Positions 37,203-46,130 of a stretch of DNA of 64,000 nucleotides are shown here, in pieces. The stretch's first letter is position 1, and each line of letters starts with the position of its first letter. This DNA comes from Bdellovibrionales bacterium. Its GTDB lineage: Bacteria > Bdellovibrionota > Bdellovibrionia > Bdellovibrionales > UBA1609. The stretch covers positions 387,323 to 451,322 of the forward strand of contig CBDETO010000005.1 in NCBI GenBank assembly GCA_965243065.1, read 5' to 3'. The position numbers and the translations under genes are program-made. The notes below the pieces were generated by a model. It had not been told where the DNA came from, did no database searches, and saw nothing but the letters and a program-made list of their open reading frames with translations.

Positions 37203-37314
37203 TTCATAAGAGAATAGGAGTCAAAAGGCTCAGACATGCGTTTTGCCACAGAGCAACCTTTGGTTGCTCGTGTGTCAAATCCGAACTCGCTTTTTCCTCC
37301 TATTCTCTTATGAA
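37203..37314. repeat. PAL palindromic repeat upstream of erpA
   Basis: TTCATAAGAGAATAGGAGTCAAAAGGCTCAGACATGCGTTTTGCCACAGAGCAACCTTTGGTTGCTC...CCTATTCTCTTATGAA. Confidence 0.85.
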
Positions 37315-37411
37315 AAAGGATATATAGTTTTTTATTTATCCTTGTTTAGATCTCAGAAAATTTTGCAAAGTTCGGAGCAATAAAACCCTTTGGGTAAGGA
37401 GATTAAAAGTA

Positions 37412-37738
37412 ATGATTCAGGTATCTGATATAGCCGCCAGGCAAATTCAGTTTTTGAAAGAAAGAGACCAATTAACCGAGAGGGACTTTTTACGGGTTTC
37501 TGTTAATGAAGGAGGCTGTTCTGGTTTTTCCTATAAACTGGATTTTGATACAGAAAAAAAAGAAAGTGATAAAACTTTTGATTGTAAGGGAGTGCAAATT
37601 GTTGTGGATTCTAAAAGCTTGCTTTATCTCATGGGTATGACTTTAAATTTTGATGGAGGATTAAATGGCAAAGGCTTTACCTTTTCCAATCCTAATGCTT
37701 CTAAAACCTGTGGATGTGGTTTTTCCTTTAATGTTTAA
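37412..37738 (+). CDS. erpA: iron-sulfur cluster insertion protein (HesB/IscA/ErpA family)
   Basis: 108 aa with GGCSGFSY and a C-terminal CGCGFSF. Confidence 0.9.
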   Translation: MIQVSDIAARQIQFLKERDQLTERDFLRVSVNEGGCSGFSYKLDFDTEKKESDKTFDCKGVQIVVDSKSLLYLMGMTLNFDGGLNGKGFTFSNPNASKTCGCGFSFNV

Positions 37739-37855
37739 AAAACCTATTTAGAGTTTATACATATTTTTGCCTATTTTTTTTGCTATTCTCTACTGAAGAA
37801 GTATCTCTCTATTAGTTCGGTATAATGATTTCTAAATAAATAGAAACTAAACTTC

Positions 37856-38548
37856 ATGGGTTATATGTCCAAATCATCTTGTTCAAATATTATTTTTTTC
37901 TACAATTCTCCTATAGGAAATCTAGAAATTTGTTTAAAAAAAGCTCAAATTTATTCCTTATCAAGGGTGAGTGTACAAAACCGGGTTCATTCCAAAAATA
38001 CCTTTGTCTTTCATCCTCGTTTTTCGTCTCTTAGGAAAGAAAAAGAACTGACTACAAAACCTTTTTCTTGCGGAACCAAGGGGCAAAAACCGGATAGGTA
38101 TAATTCTCGTTTTTTAATCGGTCAAAATCTAAAAACATCAGAGTTAATTTATAAGCTGCTTTTGTTTTTGGAGGCTTACTTTTCCAAGGATGAAATCCAC
38201 ACCCATCATTTTTCTTTATTTTCCAGAGGGACTGCATTTCAGAAAAAAGTATGGAGGCATTTAAGAAAAATACCTTATGGACACACTCGTTCTTATGGGG
38301 AAGTAGCCAATATGATGGATGCTCCCGGGGCAGCCCGGGCGGTGGGTTTGGCTTGCGCTAAAAACCCCTGGTTGATTTTAGTTCCCTGTCATCGGGTTGT
38401 GGCTCAAAAAGGTTTGGGTGGTTTTGCCTTGGGGCTATCAAAAAAAAAGTGGCTTTTAAACCATGAAAAAAAATTATACCAATCGGGTTTGAAAATTCCT
38501 AAAGGCCCTTCTGCCGGAGGAAAGAACCGGAAAGTTACGGAAAAATAG
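37856..38548 (+). CDS. ogt: methylated-DNA-protein-cysteine methyltransferase
   Basis: Active-site PCHRV (LVPCHRVVAQKG), preceded by RSYGEVANMM...AVGLACAKNP. The last ~24 codons run into a family-C repeat and end KVTEK*. Confidence 0.85.
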   Translation: MGYMSKSSCSNIIFFYNSPIGNLEICLKKAQIYSLSRVSVQNRVHSKNTFVFHPRFSSLRKEKELTTKPFSCGTKGQKPDRYNSRFLIGQNLKTSELIYKLLLFLEAYFSKDEIHTHHFSLFSRGTAFQKKVWRHLRKIPYGHTRSYGEVANMMDAPGAARAVGLACAKNPWLILVPCHRVVAQKGLGGFALGLSKKKWLLNHEKKLYQSGLKIPKGPSAGGKNRKVTEK

Positions 38549-38563
38549 AAGCTTATGGGTATA
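38475..38563. repeat. family-C repeat forming the 3' end of ogt
   Basis: TATACCAATCGGGTTTGAAAATTCC...GGAGGAAAGAACCGGAAAGTTACGGAAAAATAG...TATGGGTATA. Confidence 0.75.
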
Positions 38564-38568
38564 GCTTG

Positions 38569-38829
38569 TTAAAGGCTATTAACTAAGGAGGCTATCTGGG
38601 ATTTTTTTCTACTGACTTTATTTTGATGTTGATGGCCTTTTTGAACGGAGCGATCCATTTTACTGTTAAATATTTTTAGTTGTTCTAAAGCTTGGTTTTT
38701 ATCTTTTTTTTCAATAACTTCACGCAGGTTCTTTTCCAAGGTGCGCAAGTTATTAATGGCCCTTTTGTTGACTTGTCTTCGTTTAGCTGTTTGACGATTT
38801 CTTTTTTTTGCTGATTTATGATTAGCCAC
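38569..38829 (-). CDS. rpsT: 30S ribosomal protein S20
   Basis: GTG start after GGAG. (V)ANHKSAKKRNRQTAKRRQVNK is a typical S20 N-terminus. The track ORF is over-extended. Confidence 0.9.
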   Translation of the reverse strand: MANHKSAKKRNRQTAKRRQVNKRAINNLRTLEKNLREVIEKKDKNQALEQLKIFNSKMDRSVQKGHQHQNKVSRKKSQIASLVNSL

Positions 38830-39011
38830 AGTTATACTCCTTCTGCTATAGATATACTTATCTGGTTTAATCCCCGCTTTCGCGAGGACATGTTTTGTGT
38901 TTTCTGTAAGCTTTTTTCCAAGGGCAAACAGAGTTCGGAGTGCGCAATTTCTATACCGGTTCAGTATAGTGTGATAATTATCATGGTTTCTTCTTATTAG
39001 CAAGAGGTATT

Positions 39012-40640
39012 ATGGCGGCATCCCTTTCAGGAAAACAAAATGAGAAGCAAGTGGTAGTACGATCTGCCTTGTTTATGTCGGCGGGCACTTTTGTATCCCG
39101 GGTGCTGGGTTTGGTCAGAGATATGGTCATAGGTTCTTTTTTTTCCAGAACGGAAACGGACGCTTTTTTTGTTGCTTTTAGGATTCCCAATTTTTTTCGT
39201 CGGTTTTTAGGGGAAGGAGCTTTATCTATCAGCTTTATTCCCATATTTATCCAATGCCTTTCCGATTCTGCGGAAAAGGACTCTGAGAGAAGAGCCAGGA
39301 ATTTTATGAACAGTGTTTATACCATTTTATTGGTTTGTGTTTCTATATTGACGGTTTTAGGCATTATTTTAATGGAACCTCTTTTAAGTGTTCTGTTTTC
39401 CGGCACTCCTTTTGCAGAAGTAGAGGGAAAACTGCATATAGCAGTGGTGATGGCTCGCCTTTTATTTGTGTATTTATTTTTAGTCATTATCTATGCTTAT
39501 TTTATGGGAGTGGCCAATGCTTTGGGACACTTTTTTATTCCTGCTCTGGCCCCGGCATTTTTAAACTTTTTTATGATTGTTTTTTCTTTTTTACCAAAGA
39601 GCCTGGTGTCCTTCCCTCCTTTGCTTTTATGTTGGGGGGTTTTAGTGGGGGGGGTGATGCAGGTTTTTTTAACAGCTACTGTACTTTTTCGGCTTGGTTT
39701 TTTACCTCGTATTCGGTTCTCTTTTTTTACAGGTGATTTAAAACTCATGGGGAGCCGTTTTCTTCCTGGTATTTTTGGAGTGGGAGGATTAGCTCTTATA
39801 GGTCTTTTAAACCTTTATTTTGCTGGATGGTTGGAAGAAGGAGCGCACACCTATATTTATTATGGAGATCGTTTATTGGAGCTTCCCAGGGCTTTGATAG
39901 CCATTAGTTTGGGGACAGCTCTTTTGCCTAATCTTTCTTACTTTGCTGTGGTAGGAGAAAGAGAACGAATGTTGAAAACAGCGGCAGATCAAAGGGATAT
40001 ACTGTTATTTTTGATTTTACCATGTGCTTTGGCTTTTTATTTTTTAGGTCTTCCTATTATAGAGGTCTTATTCAAAAGAGGAAACTTTGATGCTTTTACA
40101 GCTAATAAAACGGCCCTGGTGTTAAAAATTTACTCATTATTGCTTGTGAGTGCTTCTCTTTCTCAGGTATTAGCCACTTGTTTTTATGCCGTTAAAAACA
40201 CCTGGTATCCAGCCTTATGCTCCTGTTTATATGTTTTGTTTCATTGGCTTCTCACGCCTTACATGATACGGGCTTTTGAGTTAGAAGGACTTGTAGGCGC
40301 TACGGTTATTTCTAATGTTTTCTTTATGCTTCTTTTAACAGGGGCTTACCCTTTTTTTATAGGTCCCTTTTATTTATGGAGAACTTTAAGAAGGGTGATA
40401 TACTCTTTGCCTGTTTTAGTAGTTCTATCTGTGTATATGTATGTTGCTTTTGATTTTTTATGTGACAGTCTAAGTATTTTTATGGGTGAAAGAGAATCTC
40501 TTATTTCCACTTTGGCTCTTATAGTTGTTATTTTTTCCTCTATCATTTTATACTTTGGGTTGGGATATTTACTCTATCTACCTCAGGCAAGAGAATGTTT
40601 AAGTCTGATAAGTCGTAAAGTAAAACAAAAAAAACATTGA
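39012..40640 (+). CDS. murJ: lipid II flippase MurJ
   Basis: 542 aa, polytopic, with an N-terminal ...SRVLGLVRDMVIGSFF. Confidence 0.9.
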   Translation: MAASLSGKQNEKQVVVRSALFMSAGTFVSRVLGLVRDMVIGSFFSRTETDAFFVAFRIPNFFRRFLGEGALSISFIPIFIQCLSDSAEKDSERRARNFMNSVYTILLVCVSILTVLGIILMEPLLSVLFSGTPFAEVEGKLHIAVVMARLLFVYLFLVIIYAYFMGVANALGHFFIPALAPAFLNFFMIVFSFLPKSLVSFPPLLLCWGVLVGGVMQVFLTATVLFRLGFLPRIRFSFFTGDLKLMGSRFLPGIFGVGGLALIGLLNLYFAGWLEEGAHTYIYYGDRLLELPRALIAISLGTALLPNLSYFAVVGERERMLKTAADQRDILLFLILPCALAFYFLGLPIIEVLFKRGNFDAFTANKTALVLKIYSLLLVSASLSQVLATCFYAVKNTWYPALCSCLYVLFHWLLTPYMIRAFELEGLVGATVISNVFFMLLLTGAYPFFIGPFYLWRTLRRVIYSLPVLVVLSVYMYVAFDFLCDSLSIFMGERESLISTLALIVVIFSSIILYFGLGYLLYLPQARECLSLISRKVKQKKH

Positions 40641-41243
40641 TTATGGTGGTGTTTCGGTGAGTTTTTTTATTTTATTTTTCCATTCTAAGGAGTCCCACTG
40701 CCGTGGACCGATAATTTTTTCGACTAATTTACCTTTTTTATTCAAAATATAAGTTTCAGGAACGGCCTGAATACTAAAGGTGGCTTGCATTTGCTCTTTT
40801 CCTACATTGGCGGGGATAAAATTGGCATGAAATTGGGGAAAAGCCATTAAAAAATTTTTAATATTATCTGTTTTCTCATTAGATACAGCCAGGATAACCA
40901 GGTTTTTAGGATAATACCCTGCCAATTTATTTAAAGAGGGTAGTTCTGTAACACAGGGAGCGCACCATGTCGCCCAAAAATTGATAAGTACCACTTTATT
41001 TTTGAAGGAAGATAGAGTTATAGGTTGCGTATTTAAGTCATATACCGTGAATTCGGTGCTTTGCATTTCTATTTTTTGTTTTTTTATAACATGTTCAGGT
41101 AAGTTTTGTTTTTTACTTACATATTTAATAATAGTAAAAAGACCGGTACCCCCTATCAAGCTTATTAAAATGATTCCTGTAACGGTTCTCATAGAGTTTT
41201 TTTGCCTTTCTTGAAGAGTTCTAGAAAAAGCACATTTACTCAA
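40641..41243 (-). CDS. TlpA/ResA-like periplasmic thiol:disulfide oxidoreductase
   Basis: It has an N-terminal TM anchor and the thioredoxin motif WATWCAPC. It overlaps the upstream cytochrome gene by 8 nt. Confidence 0.85.
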   Translation of the reverse strand: MSKCAFSRTLQERQKNSMRTVTGIILISLIGGTGLFTIIKYVSKKQNLPEHVIKKQKIEMQSTEFTVYDLNTQPITLSSFKNKVVLINFWATWCAPCVTELPSLNKLAGYYPKNLVILAVSNEKTDNIKNFLMAFPQFHANFIPANVGKEQMQATFSIQAVPETYILNKKGKLVEKIIGPRQWDSLEWKNKIKKLTETPP

Positions 41244-41820
41244 GACCTCCGTCTTCTATCCACTTCTTGATTAGGCTTCTTTCTTTATCCGTCATTTGTG
41301 TAGCGTTACCCATAGGCATCCCTTTTACAGGGTCATCTTTTAAAGTCCATATTCTGTTAAGAAACTCCCCATTATCCACTCGTGATTTAGAGGTAGCATA
41401 GTCCAGCCAATCAGAAGTTGGTTGCATTTTTCCAGGACCATGACATAGAGTGCATCTTTGTTGAAGAATAGGTTTTACCTCTGCAAACCTGGTTTTATTT
41501 TGTTGAACAACAGTAGTAGAAGTGGTGCCAGCGACGGCGGTAGAGGTAGTAGAAAAGGAGGGGGGGGGAGGAGTGGTGCCAGCCAGGGAAGAGGGGGTAT
41601 TGGCGGCAGAAGTGACATTGCTACCAGATGCTTCTGCATTATTTGTGTTTCCTGAGGCATCTCCTTCTGTGGCGATGTTTTCCGCAGGACTGGCAGCTAT
41701 TGATGAGGCTGGCCTTTGTTTGCCTCCACAGCTAATAAACCAGGGCGAAAGAGCTAGAGCAAGCAATATTGTATAACGATCGGGTTTGAAACTGACATAT
41801 TTAAAGGCTTGGCAGCTCAT
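41236..41820 (-). CDS. c-type cytochrome domain lipoprotein with Thr/Ser/Pro-rich linker
   Basis: It has a lipobox-like LSPWFISCGG and a heme motif CTLCHG in a PSCyt-like context (ILQQRCTLCHGPG...MP). The start is set at the internal ATG. Confidence 0.65.
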   Translation of the reverse strand: MSCQAFKYVSFKPDRYTILLALALSPWFISCGGKQRPASSIAASPAENIATEGDASGNTNNAEASGSNVTSAANTPSSLAGTTPPPPSFSTTSTAVAGTTSTTVVQQNKTRFAEVKPILQQRCTLCHGPGKMQPTSDWLDYATSKSRVDNGEFLNRIWTLKDDPVKGMPMGNATQMTDKERSLIKKWIEDGGLE

Positions 41821-42141
41821 TATATAATGGAATGGATTTATATCATTTAACTTTACAACTTTTCTTTTTATTGTGTGTTCTTTTTGCACTGTTTTTCCTC
41901 CTTACTTATCGGTAAATTTCTTTCCTATTTCTATTTTCTATATCGGATCGGTATAAATAAAAGTTTGGTTCATTTAGGCTTATGGAATAGCTGAAAATAA
42001 AATATTTTTATGTTGTTACAATTTTATACATAGCGTTATCAAGCAGAAGTGCATATAATTAATACCTGATGGGTATATGTATAAAACTCTTTGCTTATAA
42101 TTATTGGCATTTTCTGTTTTTTCTGTAATGATGGTTTTAAT

Positions 42142-43359
42142 ATGAAAAAGCTATTTCCTGTTTTAATGTTTCTTTTTTTTCTTTCAGAAGAGTTACTGGC
42201 TAGACCGGAGTATGCTGTTAGGATTCGTGCAAATCGCTGTACAACCTGCCATTCTAACCCGGCAGGAGGGGGGCATAGAAATCTCACCGGAAAAGCCTTT
42301 GGTCCTAAATCCGCTCCCTTAAAATCTTTTTCCGAACAGGATATTTTTGGTTTTGATTTAAGGGCTATAGCCTATACTCCCTTAAAAGATTTAAAAGATG
42401 TAGAGAAGGAACAAAACGGCCTGGGGATTATGGCGGCGATTCCCTCTATTAGTGTTCCCTTTCATTCTAACGATAAAGGGCTGGAGTGGCGGCTGGTTTA
42501 TTCTCAGAATATAGGAGGTTTTGGAGGATTTACGACCCCTAGGGATGCTTACTTAAGAATTAAGCTCTATGATGATTATCGTGCTCTCCCGCAGTTTATT
42601 ACGATAGGCCGTTTTTCTCCTCCTTTTGGTTTAATGACAGATGAGCATCGCACTTATGTTCGTCAACAAACTAAGACTTCCTGGAATGAACAAGAAATGG
42701 GCATCTTACTATCAGGTGATTGGTCCTATAAGCTGCATTATGATATAGCTTTTGTTAACGGAGAACAGACAAAGGGGCAAAGTTTTGGAGAAGGGCTTCT
42801 TTATGAGTGGGGAGCCATTGCCAATATCAGATATTTAGCTAATTGGGGATGGATGGCAGGGGTCAGTGGTTCGGCCCATAACTGTTTGCCAGTTCGTGAA
42901 GAAGGAAAAAAATGTGCAGCAGCAGCTTCTCTTTATCAGGTGCTTTCTTTAGATAGCTTAACAAATAATTGGCTTCCTGGGGATATCTTAGCGGAAGCGG
43001 TAGCAGGATATAATACCAATTCTCGCCTTCAGGGTACTAGGTTTGTTTCCAATCTGAACTATTTAACATTTGTGTTGGAAGATAAATATTCTGTAGGTGC
43101 TCATGTACAGTGGAACTATAATTTTTTCTCCGATTGGACCTTTGTTGTTAAGTACGACTATCTTACTTTGGATTGGGAATATAGGAAAGATGCTTACTAT
43201 CGAGTGGGTGTTGGGTTAAATCATTTTTTCAATAATCAAACTTCTCTTCAAGTGCGGTATGAGAAAGCTTTTGCCACGCCTGTTGATGAAGTACATGCCG
43301 AAAAAAAGGGCCTTGCCGCTCAAGATGTTATTTGGCTGCTCCTCCAAGTAAAAATTTAA
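42142..43359 (+). CDS. Cyc2-like fused monoheme cytochrome-porin (candidate outer-membrane electron-transfer protein)
   Basis: It has a signal peptide (MKKLFPVLMFLFFLSEELLA), a single CTTCH heme motif ~30 aa into the mature protein, and then ~370 aa of alternating amphipathic strands typical of an outer-membrane beta-barrel. Confidence 0.55.
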   Translation: MKKLFPVLMFLFFLSEELLARPEYAVRIRANRCTTCHSNPAGGGHRNLTGKAFGPKSAPLKSFSEQDIFGFDLRAIAYTPLKDLKDVEKEQNGLGIMAAIPSISVPFHSNDKGLEWRLVYSQNIGGFGGFTTPRDAYLRIKLYDDYRALPQFITIGRFSPPFGLMTDEHRTYVRQQTKTSWNEQEMGILLSGDWSYKLHYDIAFVNGEQTKGQSFGEGLLYEWGAIANIRYLANWGWMAGVSGSAHNCLPVREEGKKCAAAASLYQVLSLDSLTNNWLPGDILAEAVAGYNTNSRLQGTRFVSNLNYLTFVLEDKYSVGAHVQWNYNFFSDWTFVVKYDYLTLDWEYRKDAYYRVGVGLNHFFNNQTSLQVRYEKAFATPVDEVHAEKKGLAAQDVIWLLLQVKI

Positions 43360-43595
43360 ACAATCCGTATTATATAACCTGGTCTCCCCCTTCCCTTTAA
43401 TCATTGTCCTTCCCGTGGAAACGGGAATACTACCCGATGGGTATATTTCCATTTTATTATTGTAATGTTTGTATTATTGTGTAAAACAGCGAATACACCT
43501 TACCAGGAAAAAATGAAAAGCTCATTTTTTAAATGAAGGTAGTCACTTTCTTCAGAGGAGAATAGGAAAACTCAAACATAACCAGAAGGTATAAT

Positions 43596-45023
43596 ATGGT
43601 TCTATTTTTACTTTTATTTTTTTCTATTTCTGTGGAAGCTCAGTCTATGCCTCCATTTTCATACGGTGCAAAGTTATCCGCAATAACAAAAGCAGAAATA
43701 CAGCTGACAGATAATCTGTTAAATCGGCTGGTTCCAGACATGATATCTGGGAAAGAGAGAGAGATAAGAAAAGCTGTTAGTACACTTAAATCTTTACCTA
43801 ATGTAGGTAAAAGGATGAGTGTTTACGAGACAGACTCTCAAGTGGTTGAAGCAGGAAATATCTATTTTCAATCTGGGTTAAAAAGTTATAAAAATTTAAC
43901 CGCAGATATTAATAGTCCAAATTGGGTTTCTTTGATATTTGATCCATCCTTAAAAAAAGAAGAGGAGATGAAAGCGATAGTCAGAGATTTACGATTATCT
44001 CTTGTTTTTTTTAGTTTAGCCGGGTTTGACTCTCTTGATGGAAAAAATAAGTACCTGGAAGTCTTTCATCAATTTCAGGTATTACTTGCCACTCTTTTTG
44101 AACTATATAGAAAATCTACAATAGAACAGGATACTTCTATAAAAGAGCCTTTCGTAAGTTCTTACTCAGAAAAAGTTAGATACCTACAATCTATCAGAAA
44201 ATTTCAACATTTTTATAAACAGTTAATGGAAATGTATTTTCAAGTTATGGAACCATCTTTTCGGCATTTGTCATGGTTGCGAGATAACTTAGTAGATATT
44301 TCTTTTAAAGCAAAACATGAAACATTATTAAATAATAGTAACAAAATAGAAAGGATAATGAAAGAGATCATGGCTTCTAAAAATGGCGCGAGTAAGTCTT
44401 TGTACCAAACTGGTATAGAAAATGGGGCCACTAGCAGAGCTTCTCTCCCCATGAGAGAAAAACAGAAACAACCAGAAAAGCCTACCTTTGCACAGGAGGA
44501 GAGCAACTGGACTGGTATAGCTTCTGAAGAGCCAGCAGGTAGAGCAGGAAATCAGATAAACGGGAAGAGAGTAAGAAGTTTTACGGTTACTAAGAGTGGC
44601 TATGAAGGTGAGCGGTTAGTTTCTGAAGAATTAGCAGGAAAGGACAAAGTAAGCAGAGAGAGAGTAAGAGATTTGACGGCAACTGAGATAGAGGAGGGTG
44701 AGCGGTTAGTTTCTAAAGAACGAGCAGGGGTTACTGAGATAAACGACGGGGGATTAAAAGGCTTAGTAGTGGCAAGTGATCCGATGAATATGGACTCTCT
44801 GAAGGGCTTGAACCCTAATGAGAAAATGGAGAGCACGCCTTCTCTTCCTGAGACATTTATAGCAGATGATAAAATAGATATGGAGATGCTCAGAGGGTTC
44901 ACAGCTACTAAAAGTAGTGATACCTCTGCTAAAGATAGTGATATAACTACTAAAGATAGTGGTGATAATCTTTCCATTCTTAAAAGGTTGAATATTTTTT
45001 GTAAAAGAGCGTTTTCAGAATAA
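43596..45023 (+). CDS. secreted protein, unknown function
   Basis: 475 aa with a signal peptide and C-terminal internal repeats (GERLVSEELAG / GERLVSKERAG). Its last 14 codons lie in the 110-bp duplication. Confidence 0.6.
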   Translation: MVLFLLLFFSISVEAQSMPPFSYGAKLSAITKAEIQLTDNLLNRLVPDMISGKEREIRKAVSTLKSLPNVGKRMSVYETDSQVVEAGNIYFQSGLKSYKNLTADINSPNWVSLIFDPSLKKEEEMKAIVRDLRLSLVFFSLAGFDSLDGKNKYLEVFHQFQVLLATLFELYRKSTIEQDTSIKEPFVSSYSEKVRYLQSIRKFQHFYKQLMEMYFQVMEPSFRHLSWLRDNLVDISFKAKHETLLNNSNKIERIMKEIMASKNGASKSLYQTGIENGATSRASLPMREKQKQPEKPTFAQEESNWTGIASEEPAGRAGNQINGKRVRSFTVTKSGYEGERLVSEELAGKDKVSRERVRDLTATEIEEGERLVSKERAGVTEINDGGLKGLVVASDPMNMDSLKGLNPNEKMESTPSLPETFIADDKIDMEMLRGFTATKSSDTSAKDSDITTKDSGDNLSILKRLNIFCKRAFSE

Positions 45024-45089
45024 AATTATTGAGATGTTTTTTTATTAGATAAAAGCTCAGAAAGAACAGGTTCCATTTCTTCAATAGAA
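44980..45089. repeat. 110-bp direct repeat, copy 1 (left flank of the C-R-M cassette)
   Basis: It is identical to 47123-47232 except for one base (G/A at TTTTCAGAATAAA). It contains the true 3' end of the 475-aa gene and a pseudo-copy of the TlpA-like gene's 3' end. Confidence 0.9.
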
Positions 45090-45167
45090 CCCATCAAGAG
45101 ACCGAACCGGTTTTGCTTGCTGCCCTCTTAAATAAAGAAAATCAGAATCATTATTAAAAATTATAAA

Positions 45168-45200
45168 TGCTAACTTTAGTATGTAGAACTAAAATTAGCA
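45168..45200. promoter_or_regulatory. C-box-like operator palindrome upstream of the controller gene
   Basis: TGCTAACTTTAGT-ATGTAGA-ACTAAAATTAGCA has 13-bp arms matching 12/13. It lies 36 bp upstream of the C-protein ATG. Confidence 0.6.
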
Positions 45201-45235
45201 AATCTTTATACTCAAAACAAATTGATGCGTTCTTT

Positions 45236-45463
45236 ATGAAGTATATGAGTAACAATATATTAAAAAAATTTGGAAAACGAGTTCGGCAAGAACGAGTAAA
45301 ACAAAACCTTTCCCAAGAAGAACTGGCTGAAAAAGCTGGTGTTCATCGCACTTATATCGGAATGGTAGAAAGAGCAGAAAAAAATATTACTCTTCAAAAT
45401 ATAGAAAAGATTGCCAAAGCTCTTAAAACCTCTATCAATAATTTGATGAAACTGGAGAAATAA
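45236..45463 (+). CDS. R-M controller (C) protein, XRE-type HTH
   Basis: LSQEELAEKAGVHRTYIGMVERAEKNITLQNIEKIAKAL is typical of C proteins. The alternative start is ATG 45245. The track start at 45167 lies inside the operator palindrome. Confidence 0.8.
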   Translation: MKYMSNNILKKFGKRVRQERVKQNLSQEELAEKAGVHRTYIGMVERAEKNITLQNIEKIAKALKTSINNLMKLEK

Positions 45464-45469
45464 ATAACT

Positions 45470-46066
45470 GTGGGAAAAAAAGAATTAAGAAAAAGAGACA
45501 AATGGCAAGATTCCAGTGGAGAAAAAGCTGGAGTTGCAGAAAAAACTTTTTATGAAGTTTTCTTGAAAGAATTCAAAGATTCAGATTTAAGAATACGAGC
45601 AAAGCCAAAAGAATTTAAAAATATCTATTCTAATATAGAACTCGATAAAAAAATATTAGAAGATATATATAACCCACATAAAGAATGGGTGCATGGTGTA
45701 CATCCAGATTTTGCTATAGATAATATAAAAACAAAAAAAACACTGTATGTAGAAGTTAAAAGACAAGATGGTTGGGTAGAAGGAAAACCCCCTAGTGTTG
45801 GTAGAGGAAATGCACATGAGAGATCATGCAAATTTTTTACACCAGGATTATTAAAAATATTAAGAAAACAAGGAAGACTTGGCGATAAAATCTTACCATT
45901 TTGGGTAGTTTTTCAAGGTGATATTGCGCGTGATCCAAAAAGAGTAAGAGAAATAACTTATTGGTACGCTGAATACTCTGCTCATTTCTTCATGTGGAGT
46001 AATTCAACAAGCGATAAATTACTGATTAAACATTTTAATAATGACCTTAAGTATCTTCTAGATTAA
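45470..46066 (+). CDS. type II restriction endonuclease (PD-(D/E)XK)
   Basis: 198 aa with a GTG start 6 nt after the C-gene stop. It has HPDFAI...LYVEVKRQ (D...ExK). It is positioned between a C gene and a convergent methyltransferase. Confidence 0.6.
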   Translation: MGKKELRKRDKWQDSSGEKAGVAEKTFYEVFLKEFKDSDLRIRAKPKEFKNIYSNIELDKKILEDIYNPHKEWVHGVHPDFAIDNIKTKKTLYVEVKRQDGWVEGKPPSVGRGNAHERSCKFFTPGLLKILRKQGRLGDKILPFWVVFQGDIARDPKRVREITYWYAEYSAHFFMWSNSTSDKLLIKHFNNDLKYLLD

Positions 46067-46130
46067 AAACCAGTTTCTCATTTTATATTTCTTCTAGAAA
46101 ATTATTTCATTAAATAATGAAAAGTTGTCA

